Shown piece after piece: positions 20,401 to 28,493 of a stretch of 64,000 nt of DNA. The position numbers and the translations under genes were made by a program. The DNA is from a virus, in the IMG/VR virus record IMGVR_UViG_3300008262_000040. One strand, written 5' to 3'. How positions within the stretch are numbered: the stretch's first letter is position 1; each line of letters begins with the position of its first letter. The notes beneath the pieces are model-generated. The model worked only from the letters and a program-made list of their open reading frames with translations, searched no databases and had not been told where the DNA came from.

Positions 20401-22177
20401 TTGGAAAATTTCCAAAGGTGCCAGTACGTAAAGTGTCATTCGCCGCGTAATCTACATCAAAATAAGTTATGTAACCATTAGCGTCTTTTGTTTCTAGAAC
20501 AATAGTTTTACCTGCTCCACCATCCACATTTAATTTATCTGGGGAACCACCTTGAATTGCAGTAACGCCTGTGTTAACATTAGCAGAGGTTGATATATTA
20601 TTTGGTCCCAAAATAGTATTCAAATCAGTATTTACAGATCCCAGACCGAGTATACTTCTTATTTGGGGTAAATTCCAATTAAATGCAGCTTTTACGTTAT
20701 TGGGTCTTAATAAAGCTCCAGGAAAAGTTTTTTCTTTAAGTCTAAGTACAGTTTTTTCTTTTTGTAAAATGTAATAATACTTTTCTTGATCGTTTTTTTG
20801 ATTTCTGTCTTCTACATATATATTATCTGTTGATCCAGGATACTTAGGGTCATTCAGCGTAGAATATCTTTTAGTATCTTTTTTAACATCTGCAACAAAT
20901 TGATCAAATTTCAAAGGACCAGGATCTGGAGTATTTATTGGTTTTCCTGAAGACTTATCCACAATATTAGAACCATTACACTCAAAGGTTGTGATCGTTG
21001 TTCCTTTTCTAAAAGTAGAATTTATAAAAAATACGTAGTCTTTTAGTTCTGATGTTGCTGCAGAAGGTTTTGCGTATGTTTCGTTATTGACGGTGACTAT
21101 TTGAAATTCTCCTGCGTATATTCTGTCTCTTATGCAACCAGGGTAATTATCTCTATTGCTTGGATCGTTCTTTGCAGCCGATGTTTGAGCTGTTATTAGG
21201 GCAACCTTTTCCTCGTATTCTCGTCTTGCTATAGCTTCAGCTTGATTTTTGTTTATGTTTGTAATAATGTTAGCTATTTTGCCTATAGCGTCTTTAAATG
21301 TATCGGGAAGCGAGGCTATCGTGTTAGTTCTCATAGACTCAGCCAACATACCAGGACCTATGACTTTTAGTTTACAGTCGTAACCACCTTCTGTGTTTGA
21401 CGTAAAGCTAAAATTTGTAACAAGGCCAACCATTGCGTCGTAATTACCGTCTGTTTGCCTTATCGCTTTGGCTATTTCAACCCTGAGTTTAGCCTCGTCC
21501 ATATCTGCTTTGAATGGGTCTACAGCGTAGTCTTCTGATTTTTGAAGAACGTCGTAAGGCTCTAACTGATTTGTAGGATTGTTTTTTTGTTTGTAGAAGA
21601 ATGTGTTTCCCCACTCAATGAACATGGTGTATCCAAGCTTAAAGTAGAGAATATCTACTACGTCCAACTGTTGTTTAGTGTTTACTTTAAAGTCTATGTC
21701 TGCCTGTAGTATAGAACCGAGTTTACCCTGTGTGGTTATCTTAGCTGCAGTTATGCCTGCTATAGGTCTTAATCCGTAAGTTGGATCTATGTTATTGACA
21801 TCGAAGTACGGTTTGGGTTCGTATCTCGGTGCTGTAGTATTTTTAAAATCGTCTAACGGATCACTATTCCTATCTGGCGAAATCTGTGTTACGTCCATCT
21901 TTCCAGTATACGCACTGGTACCGCCAAATAAAACGAAAGATTTTGCTAATTTTTCTTCGTCAGAAGGCAATTTTGTGATTCTCTTAATCGAATCAGCGTA
22001 CGATCCAGTTATGTTTACTGATGAAACTACCCTGATCCATCCGCTTTTGTTTGCCATGTATACTAGAGCATTATCGTCTCTAGTATCTAAAGTTTTATCG
22101 CTCCTTATGTAAAACTGATTTATTACATATTCTGGCACAGGTTGGCCGAGTATACTATCTAGTTCTGTGTAACCCAT
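17408..22177 (-). CDS. Large baseplate hub-like protein with a C-terminal phage-tail-lysozyme domain
   Basis: Follows the LysM/gp53-like gene; C-terminal AAAAGALGTMYRESGLNP...AYGIPQW. Confidence 0.65.
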   Translation of the reverse strand: MGYTELDSILGQPVPEYVINQFYIRSDKTLDTRDDNALVYMANKSGWIRVVSSVNITGSYADSIKRITKLPSDEEKLAKSFVLFGGTSAYTGKMDVTQISPDRNSDPLDDFKNTTAPRYEPKPYFDVNNIDPTYGLRPIAGITAAKITTQGKLGSILQADIDFKVNTKQQLDVVDILYFKLGYTMFIEWGNTFFYKQKNNPTNQLEPYDVLQKSEDYAVDPFKADMDEAKLRVEIAKAIRQTDGNYDAMVGLVTNFSFTSNTEGGYDCKLKVIGPGMLAESMRTNTIASLPDTFKDAIGKIANIITNINKNQAEAIARREYEEKVALITAQTSAAKNDPSNRDNYPGCIRDRIYAGEFQIVTVNNETYAKPSAATSELKDYVFFINSTFRKGTTITTFECNGSNIVDKSSGKPINTPDPGPLKFDQFVADVKKDTKRYSTLNDPKYPGSTDNIYVEDRNQKNDQEKYYYILQKEKTVLRLKEKTFPGALLRPNNVKAAFNWNLPQIRSILGLGSVNTDLNTILGPNNISTSANVNTGVTAIQGGSPDKLNVDGGAGKTIVLETKDANGYITYFDVDYAANDTLRTGTFGNFPTGEDDGFYTIEYASGAVRKSIGTRKIYIRYSTKFSKTSGVTYDPAFKTGNVETDGPGKEGETRQKIVDAIVQVLSGNWLLSLLQIQVNSEYGAIFEGLIPVDNLPGTIGPIVQTGRANIPKKTVYVKQDVRIGIGISDFDLVTKWQITDAYISPNPSTNVAPPVPSQGAQIPAYVPPDYTKVKVDDLQNSEAAMYKSQMEGILRTIQLLTIERFISGNGEISKVDSIKWGDPKGKDKQSLYNIFADGAFGKGNLQQIIEKPDEIINKAITDNAYYAASNFGKKDRFLTNALFGFHRNLMKDDGVNDPTVLEAIRQDKEYAINFAEILQSFVIPYYQSKNLVEGGDIHYPTYVTMGFFFMILNHCGFLYDTTEPDLNIPLFYLDFNQGSNIILSSDFMLSANPYKFVVPFKGELSSYKKLFDPKILQGDKIIAVNKESNATDLWTTDAVSKTLPPFKFQTTNNSALPNYRGKLMNVLVSIDYLLDTIRSHATKDETNSVYFRSLMDEILSDLSKSLGNFNVLRLAYDDYSNCFCVVDDQAIPGNNVMNAVDNVNILNTVPYEIPVFGKQSIARSFTIQTDNSTKLSNMLAISANSDVKNQTTAGTDGTGVGNSSLYAINRYRPVTTAVNDNAKAKLNTGSLELQRKALAASRFNESVKGYYLGGSRSEEGVEQAINYYIEAVAKARNTEKDPEIYHAFTIPEEMLPYSYTIAAGGFGQNATRRVGFIITGLDHTIQNNSWTTDVKANMYYVKNIAGYQNKPSKLVDGTWKGVPKPTNNSQESNLGVPGFVPTGDLYQTGNVLADNLSRARGDLEKMWLLFKAEGYSQAAAAGALGTMYRESGLNPYVWIIGATERGSGKTTVEAGSGKGQKTDQQTAAVKTGMFTTPTYNGKRVTAYGIPQWVGKRLDNYVNFVNSRGGASADNLETQMLFILKEASSRPNLVSKLKSVPNDATGAELAALYWIDYYEFSVPYITDSQKRAERRKSGLGAWNIIKDFK

Positions 22178-22486
22178 TTATCGTGTTGAATTTTCTGTTT
22201 TGTATAAATTGTTTATAGGTACTGGATTAACTGGTATCCTTAACTGCATGCCTACTGGAGGGTATATAGAGTCTCCAGGAAGTGAGTTAGCTGTAGCTAT
22301 TACCCACCAGTAGCTCATATCTCCGTAAAAGTCAAGAGCTATTAGATCTAACCTATCTCCCAATGTGGTTATAACATAGTTATCCCCCTCTGTAACAGGA
22401 ATGTCGGGGTACACGTTTGTTTGATAAGACCTTTTCTTTCCCTCTACGTTTAGTTTAGTTGGTATGGTTTCGTATCTATAAGGCAT
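22178..22486 (-). CDS. LysM-like baseplate wedge protein (gp53-like)
   Basis: GDRLDLIALDFYGD..YWWVIATAN...GMQLRIP. Confidence 0.8.
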   Translation of the reverse strand: MPYRYETIPTKLNVEGKKRSYQTNVYPDIPVTEGDNYVITTLGDRLDLIALDFYGDMSYWWVIATANSLPGDSIYPPVGMQLRIPVNPVPINNLYKTENSTR

Positions 22487-22497
22487 TTTTTACTTTT

Positions 22498-24342
22498 TTA
22501 AAAATAAGCTGGGGGCACGCGTTTAGCCTCTCTCTCCTGTTCTCTTTGTTCACGTCTGTCATTTCTACGAATTTGTCTTGCTGCTTTATTGTTATTTCTA
22601 GTTTGTTGTCTTTTGCGTCTTCTGGCAACTTTTTCTGATTCTCTAATAGGCTCTGTATCGTAAAAATCTACGTTAAGAGCATCAGGTCCGTTTCTATCCA
22701 TATCTCTATTGTATATTATGCTATTTGGAGAACCTGGATCAACTACTCGCTCAGGCATTGTTTCGTGTATTGGTTTAAATGATATCTGTACGTCTAAATA
22801 GTGAGGAAGTTGGTATCCGTTGTTTATTTCCCAAGAAGAGTCTTGATTTATTGTAATATTTACGCTCTCTATGAAACCTGGTACTCTATAGAGATAGTCA
22901 CCGATAGTAACTCTGGTAACAGACGTTCTCATCACGCCAGAGTCAGAATAATCTGGATACACCTGAGATGCTAAAGCGTTTAGTTTGTTGTATAATGGAA
23001 CTAAGTCTCTTGGATTCTCCGCTGCTACCCTAAATCCAAAACCTATCGTCCTGCTATATCCTTGATAAATGAAAAAATCTTCTCCTCGGCCTAGATACTT
23101 AAATGAGTTATAAGTGCCTTGGTGATTGTCTGTTAGCCCGTTTGTGAGATAAGCTCTAAATTGTATAAAAATGCCCAAAGCTGGATTATTGTTATTTATA
23201 CATTCGAAACCAAATTTTATTAAATCGTCTATTGCTCCATCTGTATTTTCCCAAAGCGTGTTCGAATCATACACTCTTATTCCAGATTGAGCTATTTCGT
23301 CAGGAGCGCTTATATCGTCCCCAGCTCTATAACCATTAGACATCTTATATGTGATCTCTCTAGACTTATCCTTTTCTCCAGTTTTAAAATCTTGTATATC
23401 AAATTGAACAGGGTAATTATGTATAGTTGCAGCACCTGATTGATCTTCAGTTACAACCCTATTGTTAAGATTGACGCTAGACTTTCTAAGAGCGTTTACA
23501 GTTTGACTCATTATCTGATCGTAGGTCATACTCGCGCCAGATCTTGTTTTTCTAACAGCCAATGAAGTATCATCAAATCTCCGTATTATTGTATTACCTA
23601 TGCCGTAAACAGAGCCAGGTCCACCTAAGTAGTTCTGTATAACGTTTCTGTTCAACGATATACCAACTTGATTTATCTTATTTATGGCTCCCAATACTGT
23701 TCCTCTCGCGACTATCTGATCTGAGCTTCTTAACTTAAGCTGTTGTAGTATTAATAGTCTGTTTTCCAATTCAACTTCATCAGAGCTCATTCTGTTTTGA
23801 GCACCCACAGTCTTATCGTAATATTTAGCTGTAAGATCAAACGGAAACAAACCTGCTCTTGGCAAATGAAATCCTGTGCCAGAAACTCCAACTTGCGCTA
23901 AGGTGTTTTTTCCCATATTGTACACCCTTGTGTTTTCTAGTATTCCTGGAAGAGCACTTACATTATTAAAAGAGTCTGTAAAAGTATTTCCTGTCTCTGT
24001 TTTTGGGTTGCTCAATTGCAAACCTATCTGTTTGTTTATGAACGCTGTACCACGTGGTGCGTCTTTTAGAAATTTAGCTATCCTCTCCCGATCTATCTGT
24101 GACGATATGGTGAGTGTTTGGGTGCCTATCTCTAGGTTTGTTTTTCCGCCCCTTATTGGATAATCTAATGAGTTTCTGTTCGTGATGGCGTAGTCCACAA
24201 GAGTTTGGGGAGCGCCCTGCGTTGCGTATCTGTCTCCTATTATGGGAGTCTGTATGTATGGTTGCCCTGAATTGCCACCGTTCAGCCTATCGTTGCCGAA
24301 TTTTAGTGATGTGAGGTTTGTTTTTAAATCTAACAGTGGCAT
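22498..24342 (-). CDS. Baseplate / tail-tube initiator-like protein
   Basis: Between tape measure and LysM gene; tube-like domain FRAYL...YLGRGE..FIYQGYSRTI.F.F. Confidence 0.55.
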   Translation of the reverse strand: MPLLDLKTNLTSLKFGNDRLNGGNSGQPYIQTPIIGDRYATQGAPQTLVDYAITNRNSLDYPIRGGKTNLEIGTQTLTISSQIDRERIAKFLKDAPRGTAFINKQIGLQLSNPKTETGNTFTDSFNNVSALPGILENTRVYNMGKNTLAQVGVSGTGFHLPRAGLFPFDLTAKYYDKTVGAQNRMSSDEVELENRLLILQQLKLRSSDQIVARGTVLGAINKINQVGISLNRNVIQNYLGGPGSVYGIGNTIIRRFDDTSLAVRKTRSGASMTYDQIMSQTVNALRKSSVNLNNRVVTEDQSGAATIHNYPVQFDIQDFKTGEKDKSREITYKMSNGYRAGDDISAPDEIAQSGIRVYDSNTLWENTDGAIDDLIKFGFECINNNNPALGIFIQFRAYLTNGLTDNHQGTYNSFKYLGRGEDFFIYQGYSRTIGFGFRVAAENPRDLVPLYNKLNALASQVYPDYSDSGVMRTSVTRVTIGDYLYRVPGFIESVNITINQDSSWEINNGYQLPHYLDVQISFKPIHETMPERVVDPGSPNSIIYNRDMDRNGPDALNVDFYDTEPIRESEKVARRRKRQQTRNNNKAARQIRRNDRREQREQEREAKRVPPAYF

Positions 24343-24371
24343 TTTTGTCTTTTGTGCTTTTTATATTATTT

Positions 24372-26774
24372 TTATCCTGATGTGCTTATTATTCTATTGC
24401 CATCAATCTTTCCCTTACCATTTTGAACGTCGTTCTTTTTTATGACTTGGTTGATCTCTTGACCATCCAACATTGTTTTTATTACTATGTATTGGTCTCC
24501 TCCTCGAGCATTAAGATCTTTAGCAACAGCGTCTGCTTGAGCTCTCGATTGGTACATCATGTTGGTGTTCACAGAAGTGGCTCCAAAATTTCCTCCAACT
24601 GATCTCACGCGATTAGCCATTGCCATTCCACCTGATTTGAAAAAGCTCGCTCTTTCCATCCACTTGTCTTCATCTGTGAAAGGTAAGTCAGCAACTACCT
24701 CAAACAAATCGCCTATGAGTCCTGAAACCATCTCTATCGCGCCAGCTATAGCGTCTCTAACCCATTTTATGATACCACGGATGGTGTTTGGGTCTGTTAG
24801 CATATTTACGAACCCTTCTATCTTTTCTATGATTCCTGATCTTTCGACGAAGTCTATAACGCCCTGCTTTATCTTCTCAATCAAAGCCATCAATTTTTCT
24901 TGAGTTGATGCTTGAACCATGGTTTGGTATGCTTGATCTCCCAAAGCTGCGGCCATTTCTTTTTCTGTTCCGTATTTCTTAAGTGCTAATTGGTACATCT
25001 CTCTAGCGTTCTCAGTCCCCTTTGCTCCTAACTTTGAATACATCTCCTGTTTCTGTAGCATGTCTGCCATTTGGTCCCTAGACATGCCCATAGCTTCTGC
25101 TAAACTCTGAGCTTGTAACCTATTCATCTTCAAGAAGTCAGCGCTAGAACCTACGTGTTTGTTGATCTCAGCTGCTGCTCCTGCTAGATCGTTGTTCAAA
25201 AACAGCTCTCTGGCTTTATTTAAGTTTATTTCTTTACCTGTAAGTATTTGCGCCTCCATTTCCTTTGTCACGCTAGACTCAAAATCAAGAAACGAATCAG
25301 CCATTGAATCTAGCTGTTTCATGTCCATTCCCATGGCCTTTATTGTCAATAAGCTTTTTGTTAACTGGGCTGGATATTTAGAAAACGTAAGTCCCAACAC
25401 GCCCGATAGACTGGTAACCTCTTTTAATATTTTTTGATAGTTGAACTGTACTCCTGTTGCCCTTTCTAGTCCTTTTACCTGAGCTAGTACGTTTTTAACA
25501 ACGCCTTGGGTGGACTTACCAGTTATAGTAGAAACCTCTGCTAACTTCGATCGAGTTTCAAGCTCCAATCCTGCAAAGTCTTTCAACATTATGTTCGTCT
25601 GTAAAGTCGCGTCAGATATCCTATTGTTTACCTCTAATTGACCTGCTAATTCGGAGAAAGATTCTAATAGCTTTTTAGAAGTAACGAATACATTTCCTCC
25701 GCTAAAAGATATGTCTTGGAAGTGTCTGTTTAACTGTCTAGCTTGACCAGACGTCATTCCCAAGTTTCTACCAGCTTTCACTATAGCATCATCTACTCCA
25801 ACAACTACGTCTAACAAAGCTGAGAATCCGTCTATTAGCCCGCTAAGCATACCACCTATGAAAGGTATATTTTTTGCCATGCTAGATATTCCACCCGTAA
25901 GTCCAGATACGACGCCTCCGCCTTCTGGCGTTAGTGCCTTTAGTCCAGCAGTGGTCGCTCCAAAAGCAGAGCCTAGAGCGCCTTTTACTGCGTTTTTTGC
26001 TTTTGATATGCCTACAACTAATGCGCCTGCTATAACTGCTGGATCTAATATATTTTGCACCATAGTTTTTCCCGCTGCTTTTATACCAGCTGCTAATACT
26101 TTCCATTTACCAGCATTAGTTACTTTTCCGTTAGCATCAACTGTTTTTCTTGCCGCAAATGTCATGGCGTTATATGCTTCTTCACCAACCCCTATCTTAT
26201 CTGCAAAAATTTTCATTAAATTTCCCGAGATGCCTAACTGCTTACTAACTTTTTTCTCATTTTCGAAAGCTATTTCTCCTGATTTTCTCTCCTCTTGAGA
26301 AACTTCAAGCATTTTTTTGTGGTAATCTAAATTTTGAAGTTCTATATTACCACGCAATCTAGCTTCATTAACAGCAATCTGAGCTTCAACGCGCTCTTTC
26401 ATTTTTAAAGTTGTTGCTTTTTTAAGTAAGCTTTCTAGAGTTTCTCTATTTTTTAATTCTTTTTGAGTTTCTTTCGATAATCCAGCTTCTAAATCAGCAA
26501 CTTTCCTACCAGCTATATATTCTTTTTGTTTAAGATTGTTAAGCTCTCTATTTACTTCTTTGAGATTTATGCTTCCCTTATTTAATGAGTCGATTCTAGC
26601 TGCTATCTTATTATAGCTTTTTTGCATTCTATCCAATTCCTGAGAGGCCGATCTTAGTAAATTGTTATAATCCCCTTGATCCTCTATGAGTTCTTTTAAT
26701 GCTGCTCTCGCGTCTAATATAGACTTATTGCTTGTGCCAGGATTCGATGGATTATTTGGTGTGGGTGTCGCCAT
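24372..26774 (-). CDS. Tape measure protein
   Basis: 800-aa helical Ala/Gly/Lys-rich protein after the tail chaperone-like genes. Confidence 0.8.
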   Translation of the reverse strand: MATPTPNNPSNPGTSNKSILDARAALKELIEDQGDYNNLLRSASQELDRMQKSYNKIAARIDSLNKGSINLKEVNRELNNLKQKEYIAGRKVADLEAGLSKETQKELKNRETLESLLKKATTLKMKERVEAQIAVNEARLRGNIELQNLDYHKKMLEVSQEERKSGEIAFENEKKVSKQLGISGNLMKIFADKIGVGEEAYNAMTFAARKTVDANGKVTNAGKWKVLAAGIKAAGKTMVQNILDPAVIAGALVVGISKAKNAVKGALGSAFGATTAGLKALTPEGGGVVSGLTGGISSMAKNIPFIGGMLSGLIDGFSALLDVVVGVDDAIVKAGRNLGMTSGQARQLNRHFQDISFSGGNVFVTSKKLLESFSELAGQLEVNNRISDATLQTNIMLKDFAGLELETRSKLAEVSTITGKSTQGVVKNVLAQVKGLERATGVQFNYQKILKEVTSLSGVLGLTFSKYPAQLTKSLLTIKAMGMDMKQLDSMADSFLDFESSVTKEMEAQILTGKEINLNKARELFLNNDLAGAAAEINKHVGSSADFLKMNRLQAQSLAEAMGMSRDQMADMLQKQEMYSKLGAKGTENAREMYQLALKKYGTEKEMAAALGDQAYQTMVQASTQEKLMALIEKIKQGVIDFVERSGIIEKIEGFVNMLTDPNTIRGIIKWVRDAIAGAIEMVSGLIGDLFEVVADLPFTDEDKWMERASFFKSGGMAMANRVRSVGGNFGATSVNTNMMYQSRAQADAVAKDLNARGGDQYIVIKTMLDGQEINQVIKKNDVQNGKGKIDGNRIISTSG

Positions 26775-26809
26775 TTATGATTTACTATACAAATAAATAT
26801 GTAAGCAAT

Positions 26810-27133
26810 TTATTTTTTTGGCTTTGACGCCGTTGTTGAATAAGAGTACTGTTTTGCAGCTTCCATGACCTCTTTTGGTATCTTGACTTTATTCATATTA
26901 GTCTTATCTGTAACTACTCGATTTGCTTCGTTTCTCATCTCTTCCACTTTTTCTAGATGTGCGTTTATCTTCTTTATGTTAAACCGTCTGTGAATAATGG
27001 GCATATTCCAAACCTCTGACCATGAGAAGCCACCACCACCGTGATACACTAATTCAAAACACTCTGTCATGAAAATAGGTTTGTATTCTACACCTGGAAA
27101 CAAAGGATACCATATAGCAGTACCGTTTTTCAT
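26810..27133 (-). CDS. Tail/baseplate assembly protein (gp51-like)
   Basis: FELVYHGGGGFSWSEVWNMP..RRF; position before tape measure. Confidence 0.55.
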   Translation of the reverse strand: MKNGTAIWYPLFPGVEYKPIFMTECFELVYHGGGGFSWSEVWNMPIIHRRFNIKKINAHLEKVEEMRNEANRVVTDKTNMNKVKIPKEVMEAAKQYSYSTTASKPKK

Positions 27134-27136
27134 GTT

Positions 27137-27904
27137 TTAGTCTTCGAACTGTGGGAAGAAGAACGAAACTCCCATTGGCATGTCTGTAGTAATCTCTTCT
27201 CCGCTGTTTAACGTAAACGTGATCTTAGTATCTATGTCTGGTGTGTTCTTAGCTATGTCTTGTCTTAGAGATACAGCGTCCCTAGCCAAAAGGTAACCGT
27301 CATCGATGAATTCTCTGATTGTTTTAGTGCTATAGTCGCCGTTAACTGATGTTATCTGGTGTTTTAGCCTTGTTGATAATTGGCCGATCTCAGCGTTTGC
27401 TATCTTCTTCATGCCCTTTATCTCAGCATCAATCTTTCTATCATCGTCAACTGTCAATAGTCTATATGTAACGGTGTTTTTTGAGTGAGGTAGTTCGAAA
27501 GTGAATTCATTCTTCTCGTCGTATAAGTCGTAATTAACGTCTTTGTACTTCAAAGATTGTAAGTCTATTGTAACAGACTCCTCTTGCTCCGAACCATCGG
27601 CTTTGTACTTGAACGTATAGTCCTTTCCGTAACCTAGAATCCTGGCGGCGATCAACAACGCATTACGGTCTCCTATGAGAAGATCCTCGTACCTTATATC
27701 GCTCTTAATAACAGACTTAAGCATGCGTTCTATCGCTAAGCCCTGACGTAACAGGTTCGCATTGGTGAGAATGTCCTCTTCCTTTGCTGTCATGTATTTC
27801 ATTTCGACAGAACCTTTTGATAACGGATTGTCTTTTGCGTAAAGTTTTCCCTTGCTTGGGAGGTCGATCATTTCTGTTGGAACCGAGAATTTCTTTTCTG
27901 ACAT
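27137..27904 (-). CDS. Baseplate hub assembly protein / tail chaperone (gp26-like)
   Basis: LPSKG..Y, MTAKEEDIL, LLIAARILGYG, C-terminal FFFP. Confidence 0.75.
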   Translation of the reverse strand: MSEKKFSVPTEMIDLPSKGKLYAKDNPLSKGSVEMKYMTAKEEDILTNANLLRQGLAIERMLKSVIKSDIRYEDLLIGDRNALLIAARILGYGKDYTFKYKADGSEQEESVTIDLQSLKYKDVNYDLYDEKNEFTFELPHSKNTVTYRLLTVDDDRKIDAEIKGMKKIANAEIGQLSTRLKHQITSVNGDYSTKTIREFIDDGYLLARDAVSLRQDIAKNTPDIDTKITFTLNSGEEITTDMPMGVSFFFPQFED

Positions 27905-27913
27905 AGATTTGTT

Positions 27914-28297
27914 TTAATATAAATATACGTATATAAAATTTATGTCACCAACTGGTCCGAGTACATTCAAGCTACAGTCTTTCTTGTAAAAGTCGGAGTA
28001 ACCGTCGCGGCCTGTTACAGACTCGTGATGCAATCTCACCCATTCCATAACGGCTTGTTGTCCGCTTGGGCTGATGGGGTTATAAAGCGTTAGAGTCATG
28101 TCTCTCCACTCTGCGCGGCCTTTGAGCTTACGGTATACGTTGATGTGATCCAATTTGATCTCATTCAAAGTAACACCTGGAGCGTCAGCCTTTTTAATCA
28201 TGAATGAAGGAATACCGTCTACGAAGAATACGAACCGATTCTGTACCGTTGGTTCGAATGCTGTAAACATTATTTCGTTTGCGTCCAATATTGGCAT
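27914..28297 (-). CDS. Tail tube protein (gp19-like), C-terminally truncated
   Basis: FEP...NRF...W..MTLTLYNPI...EWVR...GY..FYKKD..L.VLGPVGD; frame then runs into AT-rich intergenic DNA. Confidence 0.85.
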   Translation of the reverse strand: MPILDANEIMFTAFEPTVQNRFVFFVDGIPSFMIKKADAPGVTLNEIKLDHINVYRKLKGRAEWRDMTLTLYNPISPSGQQAVMEWVRLHHESVTGRDGYSDFYKKDCSLNVLGPVGDINFIYVYLY

Positions 28298-28328
28298 CTT
28301 ACTGTGTTTTTATTTTGTATAAATATGC

Positions 28329-28475
28329 TTATTTATCTTTTTTATCTTTCGCAACCTCTTCTTTCTTCTTTTCGTCCTTAGCTCCCTTTTTCTTCTGCAA
28401 TTCTTTTTTTATGCTCTCGTAAAGGGCTTTTGGCACTCTAATCTCTATAACTGTATCGTCGCTGATGTGTTTCAT
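28329..28475 (-). CDS. Small Lys/Glu-rich protein (48 aa), not in the ORF track
   Basis: Own translation MKHISDDTVIEIRVPKALYESIKKELQKKKGAKDEKKKEEVAKDKKDK fills the sheath-tube gap. Confidence 0.65.
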   Translation of the reverse strand: MKHISDDTVIEIRVPKALYESIKKELQKKKGAKDEKKKEEVAKDKKDK

Positions 28476-28493
28476 CTGTTTGTTTTTTACCTA

